From Tubulanus polymorphus (taxonomy: Eukaryota > Animalia > Nemertea), in contig NC_134030.1 of assembly GCF_964204645.1 (NCBI RefSeq), positions 12,297,947-12,361,946 of the forward strand: DNA of 64,000 nucleotides, read 5' to 3'. Made by a program: the position numbers and the translations under genes. Below, one piece after another: positions 40,501-52,040 of this stretch (positions are counted from its first letter, which is position 1; the number at the start of each line of letters is the position of its first letter). Under the pieces are notes generated by a model that was not told the origin of the DNA, made no database searches, and worked only from the letters and a program-made list of their open reading frames with translations.

Positions 40501-43500
40501 TTCACTTCGCTTTGTTTGAGCATTGTATAAAGTGAGTAGTTTGCCTGTAGCGCTCTTTAAGCCAAATTCGAGTCGGGCCTGACTTAGGCTACATAGTTTC
40601 CTATGATCACGGTTAATGCTATATAAAATGCCAACCCATTATGTAGGCAGTATTCAAATCAACTACCTCTGTGATTTTAGCAAAGGTAGAGATTTGAAAA
40701 TTGATGGCATTGAGATTCCCGTGATTGGAAACCCTGCCACACTGGTCCGAGCGCCCAGCTACATGCGCAGCATATTAAATGATGTCATTAATAGCCAATC
40801 AGATAGCCCATTTTATTTTTTAGCGTGGGTGTTTCCATTTTTAAGTTTCAGCGATTATATAATGGGCAATCTGAATGGTGCCAAAAGTTGTTGTGCAGCA
40901 AACGTGCCGCATGTACCTACCCACCTCGTTTAGCGTGGCAGGGTTTCATACCGTGGCTAAGTTGAGCGATGCCATCAGGTTCGAATGCCTGCCGAGGGAG
41001 GATGGAAACTGCTGGTGAAGAAGAACTTTTTAAAGGAATGGTTCTTTAAAATATAATTAGAAAAATTTTTTAAGACAGTTTTCTAACTTACTTTGTCTAA
41101 GCAATTTATGCGTACACCCGGTTCCAATAAAAGCTTCTCAACCTCATCTATTTTATCTGGAAAATATAAATACCAAAAATTAAAACAAGCATGAGGCGAT
41201 TTTCAAGATTCAGTAATCAATTAGAGTTGGCGCAATAATTCATAAAATTTCACAATATTTGGATGATGGCCTTACTGCCTACAAACACTTGGTGTAAATC
41301 ATTGTCTGATAGGTTTAAAGCTTTCATGGTTTCAAAAAGCATGACTTCTTTGAAAATGTCAACTAGAAAGAAACTTTTTAATAGGACGAAGACAGAGAAT
41401 TGAAATTAAAAGTCGAACTCATGGTGAAGACGAGTTAGGTTTGTTGATAAGGCTTACACACTGTAGTGCTTTTCAAACATGTTTGCAAGACAGGTCCAAA
41501 TGAAATTCCACTGTCAGACAAAGAGTTGAGAGTCAACATACAATGCAAGTTTAAGGTATTACAGAGATTTAAGGCAAAACGGAGCAGTTAGCATCCCTGC
41601 AAGTTCGAAAACTAGAGGAAAAAAGGTCCCGAGGCTCAAAATATGTAAGCTCGATCAACAAAATCGTCGTCAGTATTGATTGATATTGCCTTAGATACGA
41701 TAAGAAGGGTTGCAAAACGAAGGTATCATTTTAGCCATCAGTGCATGTTTAATCCATATACTATCAAGTTATACTTACCTTGGCACAATCGCCAATAACC
41801 CATGACATAGCCCCAATAACCATGCAGTCCATGGGGTACAAACTACACATCCATGTGTTTACATGGTTTTTTTGAAGCTGTTCACAGACTGAATCAAAGG
41901 CCAACTGCTAGCTGAACCCTTAGGGTCTGAAGCTAGTCTAACGAGCTACGGCAACTCGACGCCTACCGACTCGTCGCAAGCCGTATCCGGCTAGTTGCCC
42001 ATGTTCTACTCCGGCCTAGGGTAGGCGGACAGTTGCTTTCGATCGCAACCGACATAAGCTCATCTGCGACGCGACGGAACTGAGCGCAAGGGTTCCAGCC
42101 AATAGGAGACCGCATAGACATAGTACAAATTTTGACCGCTAGTTAGCGCCATTCGTAATTAGTGATAAACTTTCAAATTCAAGTATTTCAAAACGTAAAC
42201 CAAACCTTCAGCATCGCAGATGACTGTTGGACCGAAGATCTAGAAGCGAAATTGGTAGAATCATGGTGTGAGCGGCCATCTTTATATGAGGTCGCTAGCA
42301 CATTGTATTCAAAACAGAACCAGAAAGATAAAGATCTTAAAGAAAAAGCTTTTCTAATAGAAATATATTTCCTAATAATTCAAAATAATTCAAATTTATT
42401 CTCAAAATGCTTATCACGTGACCATCTGAGCTGTTGCAGTTGCCAGTAATCGTAACCGACATAAGCAGGGAAGCAACTGGGAGGATCTTGTATCCCGCTA
42501 GTCGGCCTCAGTTGCTGCGAATCGGAGCGCAGTCGACATAAGCTGGGCAGCGATCACGGTTGCTCTCAGTTGCATCGGTAGGAGTTGGTAGGGGTCGCGT
42601 TGCTTGTTGAGATAAGCCAGCCTTAATAGATTCAGCTGGGCTGAATCTAAAAATACGCTCCCTTAGCTACTGCGACTGATGTTATGACTCATACAAGTCA
42701 TGGTTGCCATTAAGCCCGAAATATGTTTTTGGGGTTTATCAGGGCCATCAGGGAGGTTCTTTTTCCACCTGTGTGTTCTCATCTGTTGCATTGTTCAAGA
42801 AAGGTAAGCTATTCTGTAATGGGGGTCATTCATTCATGAGGTACGCATTAGGGGAAGGGGGAGGGGTCAGTGCAATTGCGTACTCTAATGCTTAATGTAT
42901 ATGAAAAAATGGCCGATTTAGTGTACGGAGAGGGAGGGGGGTTGAAAAATTCAAATTTTATGCGTACGTAATAAATTAAAATGAATTATCCCTATAGGGC
43001 AAAATACATGCAGTAGACACTATTTCTTTGGGTGACTTTTCAGAAAAGAGCGCAGATGCTTTTGAATACGCAATGCGACACATGGATACAGTATAGACCC
43101 GCCAGTTATATTCACCTATTGTGGATTTAATTATAAGAGCCACGCTCACACCACAGGAGATGAGAGTGATTAGACTATTATAATACAGCATATACATAAT
43201 AACGCACAGGTATCATTAGTGTATGAGTCATAGCAAGGAAATCATAATCAGAGCCTTGACAACCCGTGATTGATCTGCATGGCCACTAATTAAAAGCTTC
43301 ACATGTGATAAGATGCCTAAAGCTAGGATAATCGTTCCTCGGCCTACACACTAGCAAAATATCAGTGAAACACCATAGGCCCAGTTTTTTTTAAAAAACC
43401 TGTTTCTAAGCCTAACTTTTGATTCAATAGCCTTAAATTTAGTAGAAGCCACATTCAATGAATGTAGTAGAAGCCACATTCATTGAATGATTGCTATTCT

Positions 43501-46149
43501 GTGTGCTGCGGAATTGAATTTTCCAGCAGCCCATGGAAGCTGGGATGTCTATCAAGTTCTAGAATTTTGCATTCTCTTCACCTTGCCAACACATGTATAC
43601 ATTCACAGTACATGTACATGTGAGCGATATCTATTTGCTCTCAGTGAAGAATTTTATATGTTGTATCAGTAATATATAAAAAGCCTACTTGTAAATTCGA
43701 CAGCAAATGTTGTACAATTCTGCTCGTGTTGTTTACGTTAGTAGATCAAGATGACCTGACACTACATCGCTAAAAATCCCCAAAAAACGGCATAAAATTG
43801 CCAATTTACCCAATTTAGGCTTCATCAATAGCCTTCAAAAGCAGTTGCCACTTAGGCCTAGCAGCCATTATAACAGCCAACTAATATGCAGCCCGTGAAT
43901 CATTTCACACTCAGAGAAGATAGCGGTCAATACGAAGTCAGCACTCTGCTTCATACTAATAGATTCAGCGCAGCTGAGTCAAAAACTTGGTCTGAAATCA
44001 CCTGTCGAAAGCACCGTTCATTTAAAAAAATCGTGGTTATCTTCACTTCCAGGTTGGTGCGGTACAGCCAGATTTTGCCAATTTTTTCGCATTCATCGCA
44101 CGATTTAACGATCTTAAATGTTTCTCAAACTACTCAGTCCAGCCCAGAAATTCACGGATTGGACAACTGATAACTAAGTTACAAACTGCTGAAGTGACAT
44201 ACCTATAGACCAATCTGACGAGGAGTTGGCTCCCTTGTCGTTTAATATAGGCCTAAAGTACAGGATACAGGGGTCAAAAACTTTTTGTGTCAGGCCCCTG
44301 TGCATTACGCGAGTGTTAGTCTGAATACCAGTGGTTGTTACAGGTTCCCTACAACGTCTGACGCTAAACTATCATATAGAAGTTAACTCCTGTTTATTGC
44401 AATGCAACAACTGATTTTAGTATCAAATCAAACCATTTTACTCAAATGAATTAATTAGTTACCTTGTTGACTTTGAAAACATGTTTTATGATAATATTTT
44501 TGATGATTTAAATTGGGAACCAGAGAATTTATTGATTTGATTTGAATTTAATGCCACAATCAGGATTTTGCAATATGGGCTAAATTGATAAAATATGAAA
44601 ATTCAACATGTCTCTCTAAAATTACTCTAAATGTTATTCTTTGTCGATAAAACGCACTTACTTTGGTGATCAATGGCATCAATGTCAGTCCAGTTCAAGT
44701 CAGAATCCGAAATTTACACTCCCATCATGCAACACGAAAAGCCGCCATATTTGTTCTGTTGCTTCACTTCAACTATTTTTTGAGGCGACTAGTCAAATGT
44801 TTTGAGTTACTACGATCATCAAAAGCTTATGCCCAAACAATAGTTAACTTCCATCGGATTACAGAACAGTCAGTTTGAGGTAAGAAGTTGATGGTGTTTT
44901 AAGGGGTAAAATAGATGCACAAAGCCTCGTCCCTCAAAATGAGTCATGAAAATTAACCTTATAGGCCTACGAGCACTTTTGCCCTAGACGTTGTTTGGGG
45001 ATCGACGGCTAGATACTAGACTACACGAGCGTATGCTAGGTAAACAATCACTGAAAACAGTAGCGATTCCGGCAGTTCGGCATCATGGTTCGGTGGATAG
45101 ATCGGTGCTTTTGGGAAGTTCATTCCAATTCGAGCGTGCGCACATTGGTATCAATATTGAATTGGTATCGGGGATTGAAAAGATCATCTACCATGTGTGA
45201 CAGACCGTTAGGGAGCATCTCAAAATTTCGATAGTTACTTATAGGCTAGTTGATATTACCCCATGCCTGCGAACTGTAGGCCTACTGATTTTTCGATTTA
45301 GACTTTTCCAACACTTACTAAGCCTAATGCGCATGTGTTAAAAATGAAGACATCGGAAACATCAGGTTTTGGCCTCCCTTACTGTTTGTTCTCCACTTTC
45401 CTTGGATTATTTTACGAAGTGGATATTTGACCGTATACGGCTAAGTATTTACTTCCGCTATTTTACCGTACATTATTACTATACATTATAGTATTAAATA
45501 ATAAAAGTAACAATAAAATCATTAGCCTATATTGGGTTTAGGGTTGGGGTTTCAATAGGGTTAGTATCAAGACAAGAGGGTGAGAAGAGGGTCCAGAGGG
45601 TTCCGTTTTACACGATAGGATTAGGGTAAGGTGAGGTACTACTATAGATAGTTAAAACATTCGATCGGTTTTCAGCGAGCTCGGAGGTCTAAGTTTTAGT
45701 AGTATGACGCTGCGCTAGTATTACTGGCCCGGGTTCGAGTCTCACTCTATCCACTCTGACTCCTTATTACCGAGACGATGTAATTTACCAAGATCAACCG
45801 AGATGACATGAAATAAAACATATTTATTAATTCCGGTATTCCTTATCGATTTTAATTCTTGAAATCATATTATATCAGTAATAAATGCCTGCTGGAGTCA
45901 TATTTTACATATTTTGTCGGATTATTAGTGTAGAAAAATAACTAAATCAGCCAATCAGCGACGATGTATGGTGAAATAGCGGAAATAAATACTCAGCCAT
46001 ATACGGTAAAATATCCACTGCGAATTTCTTAACAACAACGCAGTCTGCTGATAAAATCGGTAACGTCAATTCCACTTACTTGCGTTAATTGCAGTATTAA
46101 TTGCAGCTTCAGTCTCGGTTAAATCATCTTGAGGAGGCGAAGGAGCCAT
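25433..46149 (-). CDS. ANKMY2: Ankyrin repeat and MYND domain-containing protein 2, 11 coding exons, 444 aa
   Basis: Exons 46149-46080, 41156-41092, 36896-36758, 35492-35319, 31927-31842, 31743-31535, 31429-31294, 31199-31068, 30835-30763, 25758-25618, 25542-25433. All introns are GT-AG with matching phases; total 1335 nt. Translation [14 protein letters not shown]...[21 protein letters not shown]...[13 protein letters not shown]...[13 protein letters not shown]...EKEPKLP...NLHPVK...[11 protein letters not shown]...CDTC...[27 protein letters not shown] is collinear with vertebrate ANKMY2 as I recall it. An in-frame ATG at 46161 is an alternative start. Confidence 0.95.
25618..25758 (-). CDS. 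ANKMY2: ANKMY2 exon 10 (acidic tail)
   Basis: tttcag|[17 protein letters not shown]...QSELET|gtaatc; phase 1 at both ends. Confidence 0.85.
25965..27767 (-). mobile_element. HINE family 1 copy interrupted by a 666-bp foreign insert (27016-27681)
   Basis: Collinear with 8220-9372 on both sides of the insert; ends gtcccaagtgggctaaaaa. A further diverged end fragment follows at 27781-28008. Confidence 0.85.
28264..29587. mobile_element. Tc1/mariner-like MITE (TA flanks) with a nested MITE at ~28488-29125
   Basis: ta|cagtaaactc...gattttactg|ta; the inner element has repeated ccgaggtatgcg and ends gagtctactg|ta. Confidence 0.6.
29907..30476 (-). mobile_element. HINE family 2, full length, with ~145-150-bp core repeats
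   Basis: subTIRs tagctccgctgt/acagcggagcta, terminal hairpin gagcc-tatc-ggctc, GAAC/GACR microsatellite, ggtccatagaa at 30024, 30175, 30318. Confidence 0.8.
30763..30835 (-). CDS. ANKMY2: ANKMY2 exon 9 (second half of MYND finger)
   Basis: tcgcag|[24 protein letters not shown]|gtaggt. Confidence 0.94.
31068..31199 (-). CDS. ANKMY2: ANKMY2 exon 8 (first half of MYND finger)
   Basis: ttttag|GTYPSTLE...[18 protein letters not shown]|gtgaat. Confidence 0.94.
31294..31429 (-). CDS. ANKMY2: ANKMY2 exon 7
   Basis: ttatag|[28 protein letters not shown]...[11 protein letters not shown]|gtaagt. Confidence 0.94.
31535..31743 (-). CDS. ANKMY2: ANKMY2 exon 6
   Basis: tttcag|[12 protein letters not shown]...[10 protein letters not shown]...NKLELLIK|gtaaag; overlaps ORF 31531..31755. 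Confidence 0.94.
31842..31927 (-). CDS. ANKMY2: ANKMY2 exon 5
   Basis: taacag|[29 protein letters not shown]|gtactc. Confidence 0.94.
32220..32888. mobile_element. hAT-like MITE with 6-bp TSD TATAAG
   Basis: CAGGGATGAGAA...TTCTCATCCCTG; tataag on both flanks. Confidence 0.8.
33118..33543. mobile_element. PIF/Harbinger-like MITE
   Basis: TIRs agctgcgttcacac...gtgtgaacgcagct. Confidence 0.75.
34384..35225 (-). mobile_element. RTE-type LINE remnant, internally deleted (APE end and linker fused to C-terminus)
   Basis: [22 protein letters not shown] and [10 protein letters not shown] are followed directly by [11 protein letters not shown]...LYVP and a (TGA)n tail; stops and frameshifts. Confidence 0.75.
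35319..35492 (-). CDS. ANKMY2: ANKMY2 exon 4
   Basis: ttgtag|[14 protein letters not shown]...[35 protein letters not shown]|gtaggt. Confidence 0.95.
36758..36896 (-). CDS. ANKMY2: ANKMY2 exon 3 (ankyrin repeats)
   Basis: tttcag|[46 protein letters not shown]|gtaaac. Confidence 0.96.
37022..37990 (-). mobile_element. HINE family 1 variant copy (truncated)
   Basis: Two 154-bp core repeats, and body collinear with 8600-9260. Confidence 0.8.
37992..38086 (+). mobile_element. L2/CR1-like LINE C-terminal fragment
   Basis: WNS...[15 protein letters not shown]. Confidence 0.6.
40728..41005. mobile_element. tRNA-armed MITE family copy (left arm truncated)
   Basis: aaaccctgccacact ... gtggcagggtttc...ggttcgaatgcctgccgagggaggatgg; homologous to 55360-55775. 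Confidence 0.7.
41092..41156 (-). CDS. ANKMY2: ANKMY2 exon 2
   Basis: ttccag|(N)[21 protein letters not shown]|gtaagt. Confidence 0.93.
41928..42622 (+). mobile_element. Non-autonomous Harbinger derivative with MADF/Myb-SANT remnant
   Basis: Imperfect TIRs (cgacgcctaccgact / agttggtaggggtcg); 42228-42345 encodes [29 protein letters not shown], a MADF-like N-terminus typical of Harbinger ORF2. Confidence 0.65.
45417..46022. mobile_element. Family D element with ~55-bp TIRs, containing a tRNA-like core and a partial MITE E arm
   Basis: agtggatatttgaccgtatacggctaagta... / ...tactcagccatatacggtaaaatatccact; ggttcgagtc near 45732; E arm ~45762-45942. Confidence 0.7.
46080..46149 (-). CDS. ANKMY2: ANKMY2 coding exon 1
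   Basis: [23 protein letters not shown], then donor gtaagt; phase 1 fits exon 2. Confidence 0.85.
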
Positions 46150-46323
46150 AACGCTGGTCATAAACTGATAAACCTGAGTCTGTGGGGAGTCCAAGTCCAA
46201 TGCACTCGTAGATTTGGACCGAATGTAGTAGTATAGTGGTAGAGTAGAGTAGATAAATGGATAAATCTTGTTTCTTGTATCTGATCGAGTGAGGAACACT
46301 AAGGGGTGGCTCCGGGAACAATC

Positions 46324-46560
46324 TAATTCAATTCAATTCAATTCAATAGTCTCTTTATTGTTGCACAAAAATTACAAAGCCTCGAGAGATGTATTGTCCA
46401 ATTGGGCCAGTGTAGTTTCTTATCAATGAGAAGCTTTTTGAATTTGGTTCGGTCGTTCCAATTTGGGGCATCTGGATATGTCAAGTGACAGGGTCCTTGT
46501 CTGGTTGACTCGTAATTTCTATTCGGAGTTATCCTTCTCCACTGCCGGGGAGCAAAAGTA
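46324..46560 (-). mobile_element. LINE 3' end with AATAAA and (ATTGA)n tail
   Basis: Minus strand aataaagagactattgaattgaattgaatt; degenerate NYESTR / WN...FKKLL motifs. Confidence 0.5.
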
Positions 46561-46577
46561 CACAACGACCCTATTTA

Positions 46578-46711
46578 TATTGAGAATTCATCTCCCATAA
46601 GGAACAAGTAACTGTTACTTGTTCCTTTTTCCTTATTGGGAGATGAATTCTCAATAAGTAACGGGAAAATCTGACTAAGGAACAAGTCATTATGAGAATG
46701 CCGGTTTGCTA
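46578..46711. repeat. Internally palindromic repeat; inverted homologue at 52528-52705
   Basis: attgagaattcatctccca...tgggagatgaattctcaat hairpin; cattatgagaatgccggtttgct is the near reverse complement of agcaaaccggaaaactcataatg. Confidence 0.7.
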
Positions 46712-49700
46712 GCGTATCTATTTAACACCCGTATTGCTCGGGTTAGTTTTACTATCAACGGGTGGCGCTGTATGTAAATTTCACATAAATCAACGACTTT
46801 CGGCTATTATCGGTACTTAAGACCACTTGAAAACATCACAGTCAATTACGGTAGTAGTGAAAACAAAAAGATACAGTACAAAGATACAGTACGGTGTACA
46901 GTTAAGGACATGATTCCATAGGACCCATACCAGAGACATTTTGTTCAGACAAGGACTGTTAGTTAAACACTAATCTTCATTATCAGCAATTAACGATCTG
47001 GTGAATTAATTAGTGATTCGGTCTTTCGGTGGTTCGAGATAAAATGCCCGCAAAATAAGAACCTAACGAACCAGGGCTGACCACAAATTGCCCAACAGAT
47101 AAATTTTCGAAACGACACAATCCAATCATGTTTGGTATCAAATGTGGCGTGGACCATGGTCTTTTAACTGACCAATGCATGACCAGTACTGACCATATAG
47201 TAAATTATTTGTTTGCAAACAATTAAGTTGTTTGGTGTCAGATAACTAGATATGATGTGGGCATTAATCTAAAAATTGTTTAACTGACCAATGCTTGACC
47301 AGTACAGACCAGTTACCAGTGCTAACCAGAACCCCCATAAGTAATTTATATGTTTAGTGAATCCTTCGTTAGTACTACTAGCTCTTACATTTAAACTTGT
47401 CGCTTGAAAAAGTCTTGTCCGATTTTTGTTGTAGGTAGCGAGCTAACTTTGAAATTCCGCTAAAATGCATAAGATTTTTACGTAGGGTTTTGAACGAACA
47501 ACGTTTCCATTTGTAATTGTAACGTGCGCATTTGAGCCTGTAACGTGCACATTTCACTCGCGTGACCGTGCGTATCGGTACCAACATGCGAGACTTGTCA
47601 AACTTTTACGATCAAGACTTTTAAACTGAACAAAGAAGATATGATATTATATCATATATATGAATAATGAATAAATGGAAGATAATGTAGTAGTTTTAAA
47701 TGTTTCGTAGCTGCTGTCCACTGACCACAGATCAAAGCTAATTGCCTGATATGAAATATATTTTTGTTATAGAGATGTAGTAGATCAGTGAGAATTCAAA
47801 CTTATGGTTAATTTTTAGTGATCACAACGCTAACCAATAGAGAAAGCTGTAAGGCCTAAGAAAAGATGCATTAAGTATAACATATCTTTCAGTATAATGA
47901 CGAAGTATTCAACTGGCCATCACAACAATAGTTTGACTTATCTTATTGAAAAATACCGGAGTGTTAATGGGAAATAAATAGAATATCGTTTTTCAATCAT
48001 ACGTACACGAATTATCGCGATATAAAGATAAATAATATGTTCATATACTTTTTACGTCTTATAATGTATATTTCTTCAGTAGTATAAAGAGTGGATCAGC
48101 AGGCCACCTGAGACCATTCCACGATCTAAGGTCAGTTGCCAAAAGTTAGTAAGTTTACCAGTGGATAGTTTACATTTATAATGACAATTAAATTTTCATT
48201 GCTAAAATAACTTTGTACTTGTTGACTCAAAAGCAGAGAATTGAAAACACGATAATATGATACGAAAACTCAGTGTACAAATTCAAAAAGATTATCTCTA
48301 GTGAGAGATCGAACGTTGTGTCGTAATTTTCTAATGATAAAACATGGTTTGAAATTTGAAATGTGTACATAGTTGATCTTTTTCAGTGTATTTAGTCATG
48401 TATCATATTGGATGATGGTTAATTTAAACTATCTTTTGAGAAACGGGACCCAGAGCTGTATCCTTTACTCCTGTAATAGAGGATGCAATCTATTTGCGAC
48501 AAACAGCTAGTGCAAATAGCTAGAAAAGGTAACAATAGTGCATTGGCAAACTTAGAGCAAGCGTACATTGGTTGTTTAGGTTTTTCGAAGGGGAGAATTG
48601 GTGGGAAAATTAATCATTACTGAGATATATCCGTGGCGAGCTTTTCCAGGGATTTAAAAAGTTGAGCTGTACACAAGGAATTTTGTGTAGTCCAATATCC
48701 GTGATTACCTCTGGCGTGGAGAGATACAATCTAAAACCAACCCTAGAGTCAAATATTTTACCACAATTTTTTATGATCAATAAAAAGATTGAGTAATAGA
48801 CATTCAAACAGTATTATCTAAATTCCACTCCATTTTAAACTCATTCATCTCTACACAAACTCCAACTTGTTGAACAGTCCACATTAAAAATTAGGAACCA
48901 CTATTCTTGCTCATCTACACTAGCTACCAATCTAACAAAGGATTAAATTTGAGTGTTTGATGTTATAACAATACCAGACTGAATTATGGATTAGGTTTCT
49001 ACTTTTTAATTGAGCATTTATATCACATATCGGGCAACATTTTTACCAGTATGTATGGAATAACCTATCCATATATCATGTTCAATTTTATATAATCTGA
49101 TTTTTGAGATGTCATTCAATCAATGCATTCACATGCGGTCGTCGCTTTCAATAGCCACCACGGACTGGCTCCTTCTTATTTCTTTGGCGATACCATTGGT
49201 GGACGATCCCACACGTTTCTTGCTCCAGCCCTAGAATGCTCAATGTTCGTCATGAACCCCGATTTGAATTTAAATTCAAAATACTCCTAAAACACACCTG
49301 TTAACTAGATTACTCTAAAACACCTTTATGTGCAAGAATCAGTGAATTTGGCGCTTTATCAGTTGTATTCATCATTCGTACCCACGAATCTCGTATCGTA
49401 TCCTATGAATGTGGAGACCCATCCTCGTAAAGAGAATGAATAGGCTCTGTTGCGTTCATATCATTTAATATGAGGCTACGTGTCATCTTCAATTGAAATC
49501 ACGTTGTTTTTTTAAAGGGTGGGCGAGAATATGTTCTTATGTTTTTGTTTCTCTGAATGTTGCTATTTAAGAGTTCAATAATTTCAGTCTACCAAACAAA
49601 GGATTTTCCGTATGTTTCGTGACATGTTTTTCCATAACCCTAGGAGAGCATTTTAGGTATTTTGTTTGCGGATGACCGAAAGCTGCTGTCCCTCTCTAGT

Positions 49701-51421
49701 AATTTGATGATATCCGTCGAAATCTAAATTCTAAAAAGGAATCAGGCATATCTTCTTGTTTGACTAAATATGAACTAAACAAGTGACACTCCCTTCAAAG
49801 GCGCCGAAGTAAAATCATGTGTCGAGTGGAGATGATATTGTGTCAGAATTTCTTCAAAATCGGAGAAAATAGAATATTTTGAAAATAATCATTTTACATG
49901 AATGTTTAAATCCGTTATAACTGGAGCAATTTTCATGAAAAAATATCTATGGAATCAGCGAAATGTAATTAAGAAGAATACTATGTTTAAAAGTTATCAA
50001 AGACATTTGAAAAAAGTTTTCTGAATTCGTCAACTGTTAAACTAGTAACAACCAGATGTGTTCCCATTAAACCACCGACCGCGAGCCGGGTCGATGTGGG
50101 ATGTGCCCTACACTGAAAATCTCAAGTGCTATACAACCGGTTTTTTAGGTGCCTCTGAATGTCGGCCGTTAAAAAACTGAACGATTCCCATTGGGAAAGG
50201 GCCTACGTAGTTAGAGAAAATTCAAGATGTGTGTATCGTGTGATACAGGCTCCATATTTCATGTGCGTTTGGAATTTAACCTTGTTTATAACGAAACACG
50301 CATGTATTTATGCTATTTTAGATTTAAAAAGAGCGCACGAAAGTGTTTCATGAGACCCGCAAATTACGTCAAGTTATTCATGCATTTTTGATTTATATGA
50401 ATAAATTTCGCTTTAATCTTTAAATTTCTCAGGTGGATTATTCAATAAATTCACAACAGTCCATTATGGATTAGTTTGACGCCAATCGTTCTTTTAAAGA
50501 TCTTTCTTTCTCGAAGAAAGATTTTCTTAAAAACTTTGATTATGGCTAATCTTTTATGTGTCCGATAGTTAAACCTTCGGGTATTATACTAGAACACAAA
50601 TTTTTAAAGATATTCATAACATACTGAAGGATATCACAGTTTATACCCGAAGATATATATAGTTGGATAGATCTTTTTGTTTCGACTCGCATGCGACAGT
50701 AAAAGTGGTACTTGATATAATAAGTGAACTTCATCATTGATATTTTCACTAATCTACTTGAATTCCAAAAAAGAACTGACAATGAAAAAGGGTTACAGCT
50801 GTGACTGATATCACTCCAAATTTCAATTCCTATGAACACTTTTCATATAAAGAAAACTATTAACGAAACAGTTTTTAGAGGCGAAGAATCCGCGTTAATC
50901 GAATTTTCAAAACTTGAAGGAATGGTTAATGCCTCGGTCTAGTACCACTGGTCTAGTACGCGGTTTTCTGAAATGAAAGTGGCCAAGTCTAAAGAACAAC
51001 TATTGTATCACATGATTTCAAATATTAGGAACCCAATGCGTTTAATGATTTAATTAATTGGTATCGCGCAGATTGGTTGAAAGACGGGTGTTAGTCACCT
51101 TGTGATTTAATTGTTTTTCATGCATCGATTTATTAATCTTATTATAACTTATTTGTAGGCGCTTCTCACAAACATTTTCAAACGCAGTACTGTTCAGATG
51201 ATTCGAGTCAAGTAGTAAAAAAGTTTATGTATTAGCATTACTATGCAGTGAATATTACGCACTGCGGCAAGTGAGGTGCTGTGATCCAGATGTGTAACCC
51301 ATTTATGGGTAATAATTTTCCATCATGTCAACGCCATTCAAAAACAGTAGCAAAACTTTCTGCTGGTTTCTAGAAATAGCAATACGACGACAAGCACTTT
51401 CGAATTCGACCACGATATTTG

Positions 51422-52040
51422 AGAAGTTTCACTTGGGCAGTGGTGGTCAGTGATGGTCAATTTATGAATTTTAATGGCAAATCCTTTCTAGTTTCACACC
51501 AAATGCGGTACCGGTATATCGTTCTTTCAAGAAGTTTCAATTGGTCAGTGGTGGTCAGTGATGGTCAATTTATGAATTTTCAATGGCGAATCCTTTCTAG
51601 TTTCACATCAAATGCGGTACCGGTATATCGTTCTTTCAAGAAGTTTCAATTGGTCAGTGGTGGTCAGTGATGGTCAATTTATGAATTTTCAATGGCGAAT
51701 CCTTTCTAGTTTCACATCAAATGCGGTACCGGTATATCGTTCTTTCAAGAAGTTTCAATTGGTCAGTGGTGGTCAGTGATGGTCAATTTATTAATTTTCA
51801 ATGGCGAATCCTTTCTAGTTTCACATCTAATGCGGTACCGGTATATCGCTCTTTCAAGAAGTTTCAATTGGTCAGTGGTGGTCAGTGATGGTCAATTTAG
51901 TAATTTTCAATGGCGAATCCTTTCTAGTTTGACACCATAACGCGGTATATCGTTTTCATATTCGAGAAGTTTGAATTGGTCATTGGTGGTCAGTGATGGT
52001 CAGTGATGAATTTGCAATGATGATTCCTTAGTAGTTTGAA
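51422..52040 (+). repeat. Tandem repeat, 109-bp unit x ~5.7
   Basis: agaagtttc/agaagtttg at 51422, 51530, 51639, 51748, 51857, 51965. Confidence 0.93.

Noticed and set aside
38090-40570. Possible large element in ANKMY2 intron 2
   Set aside because: The texture is repeat-like, but I could not define TIRs, a TSD or coding remnants.
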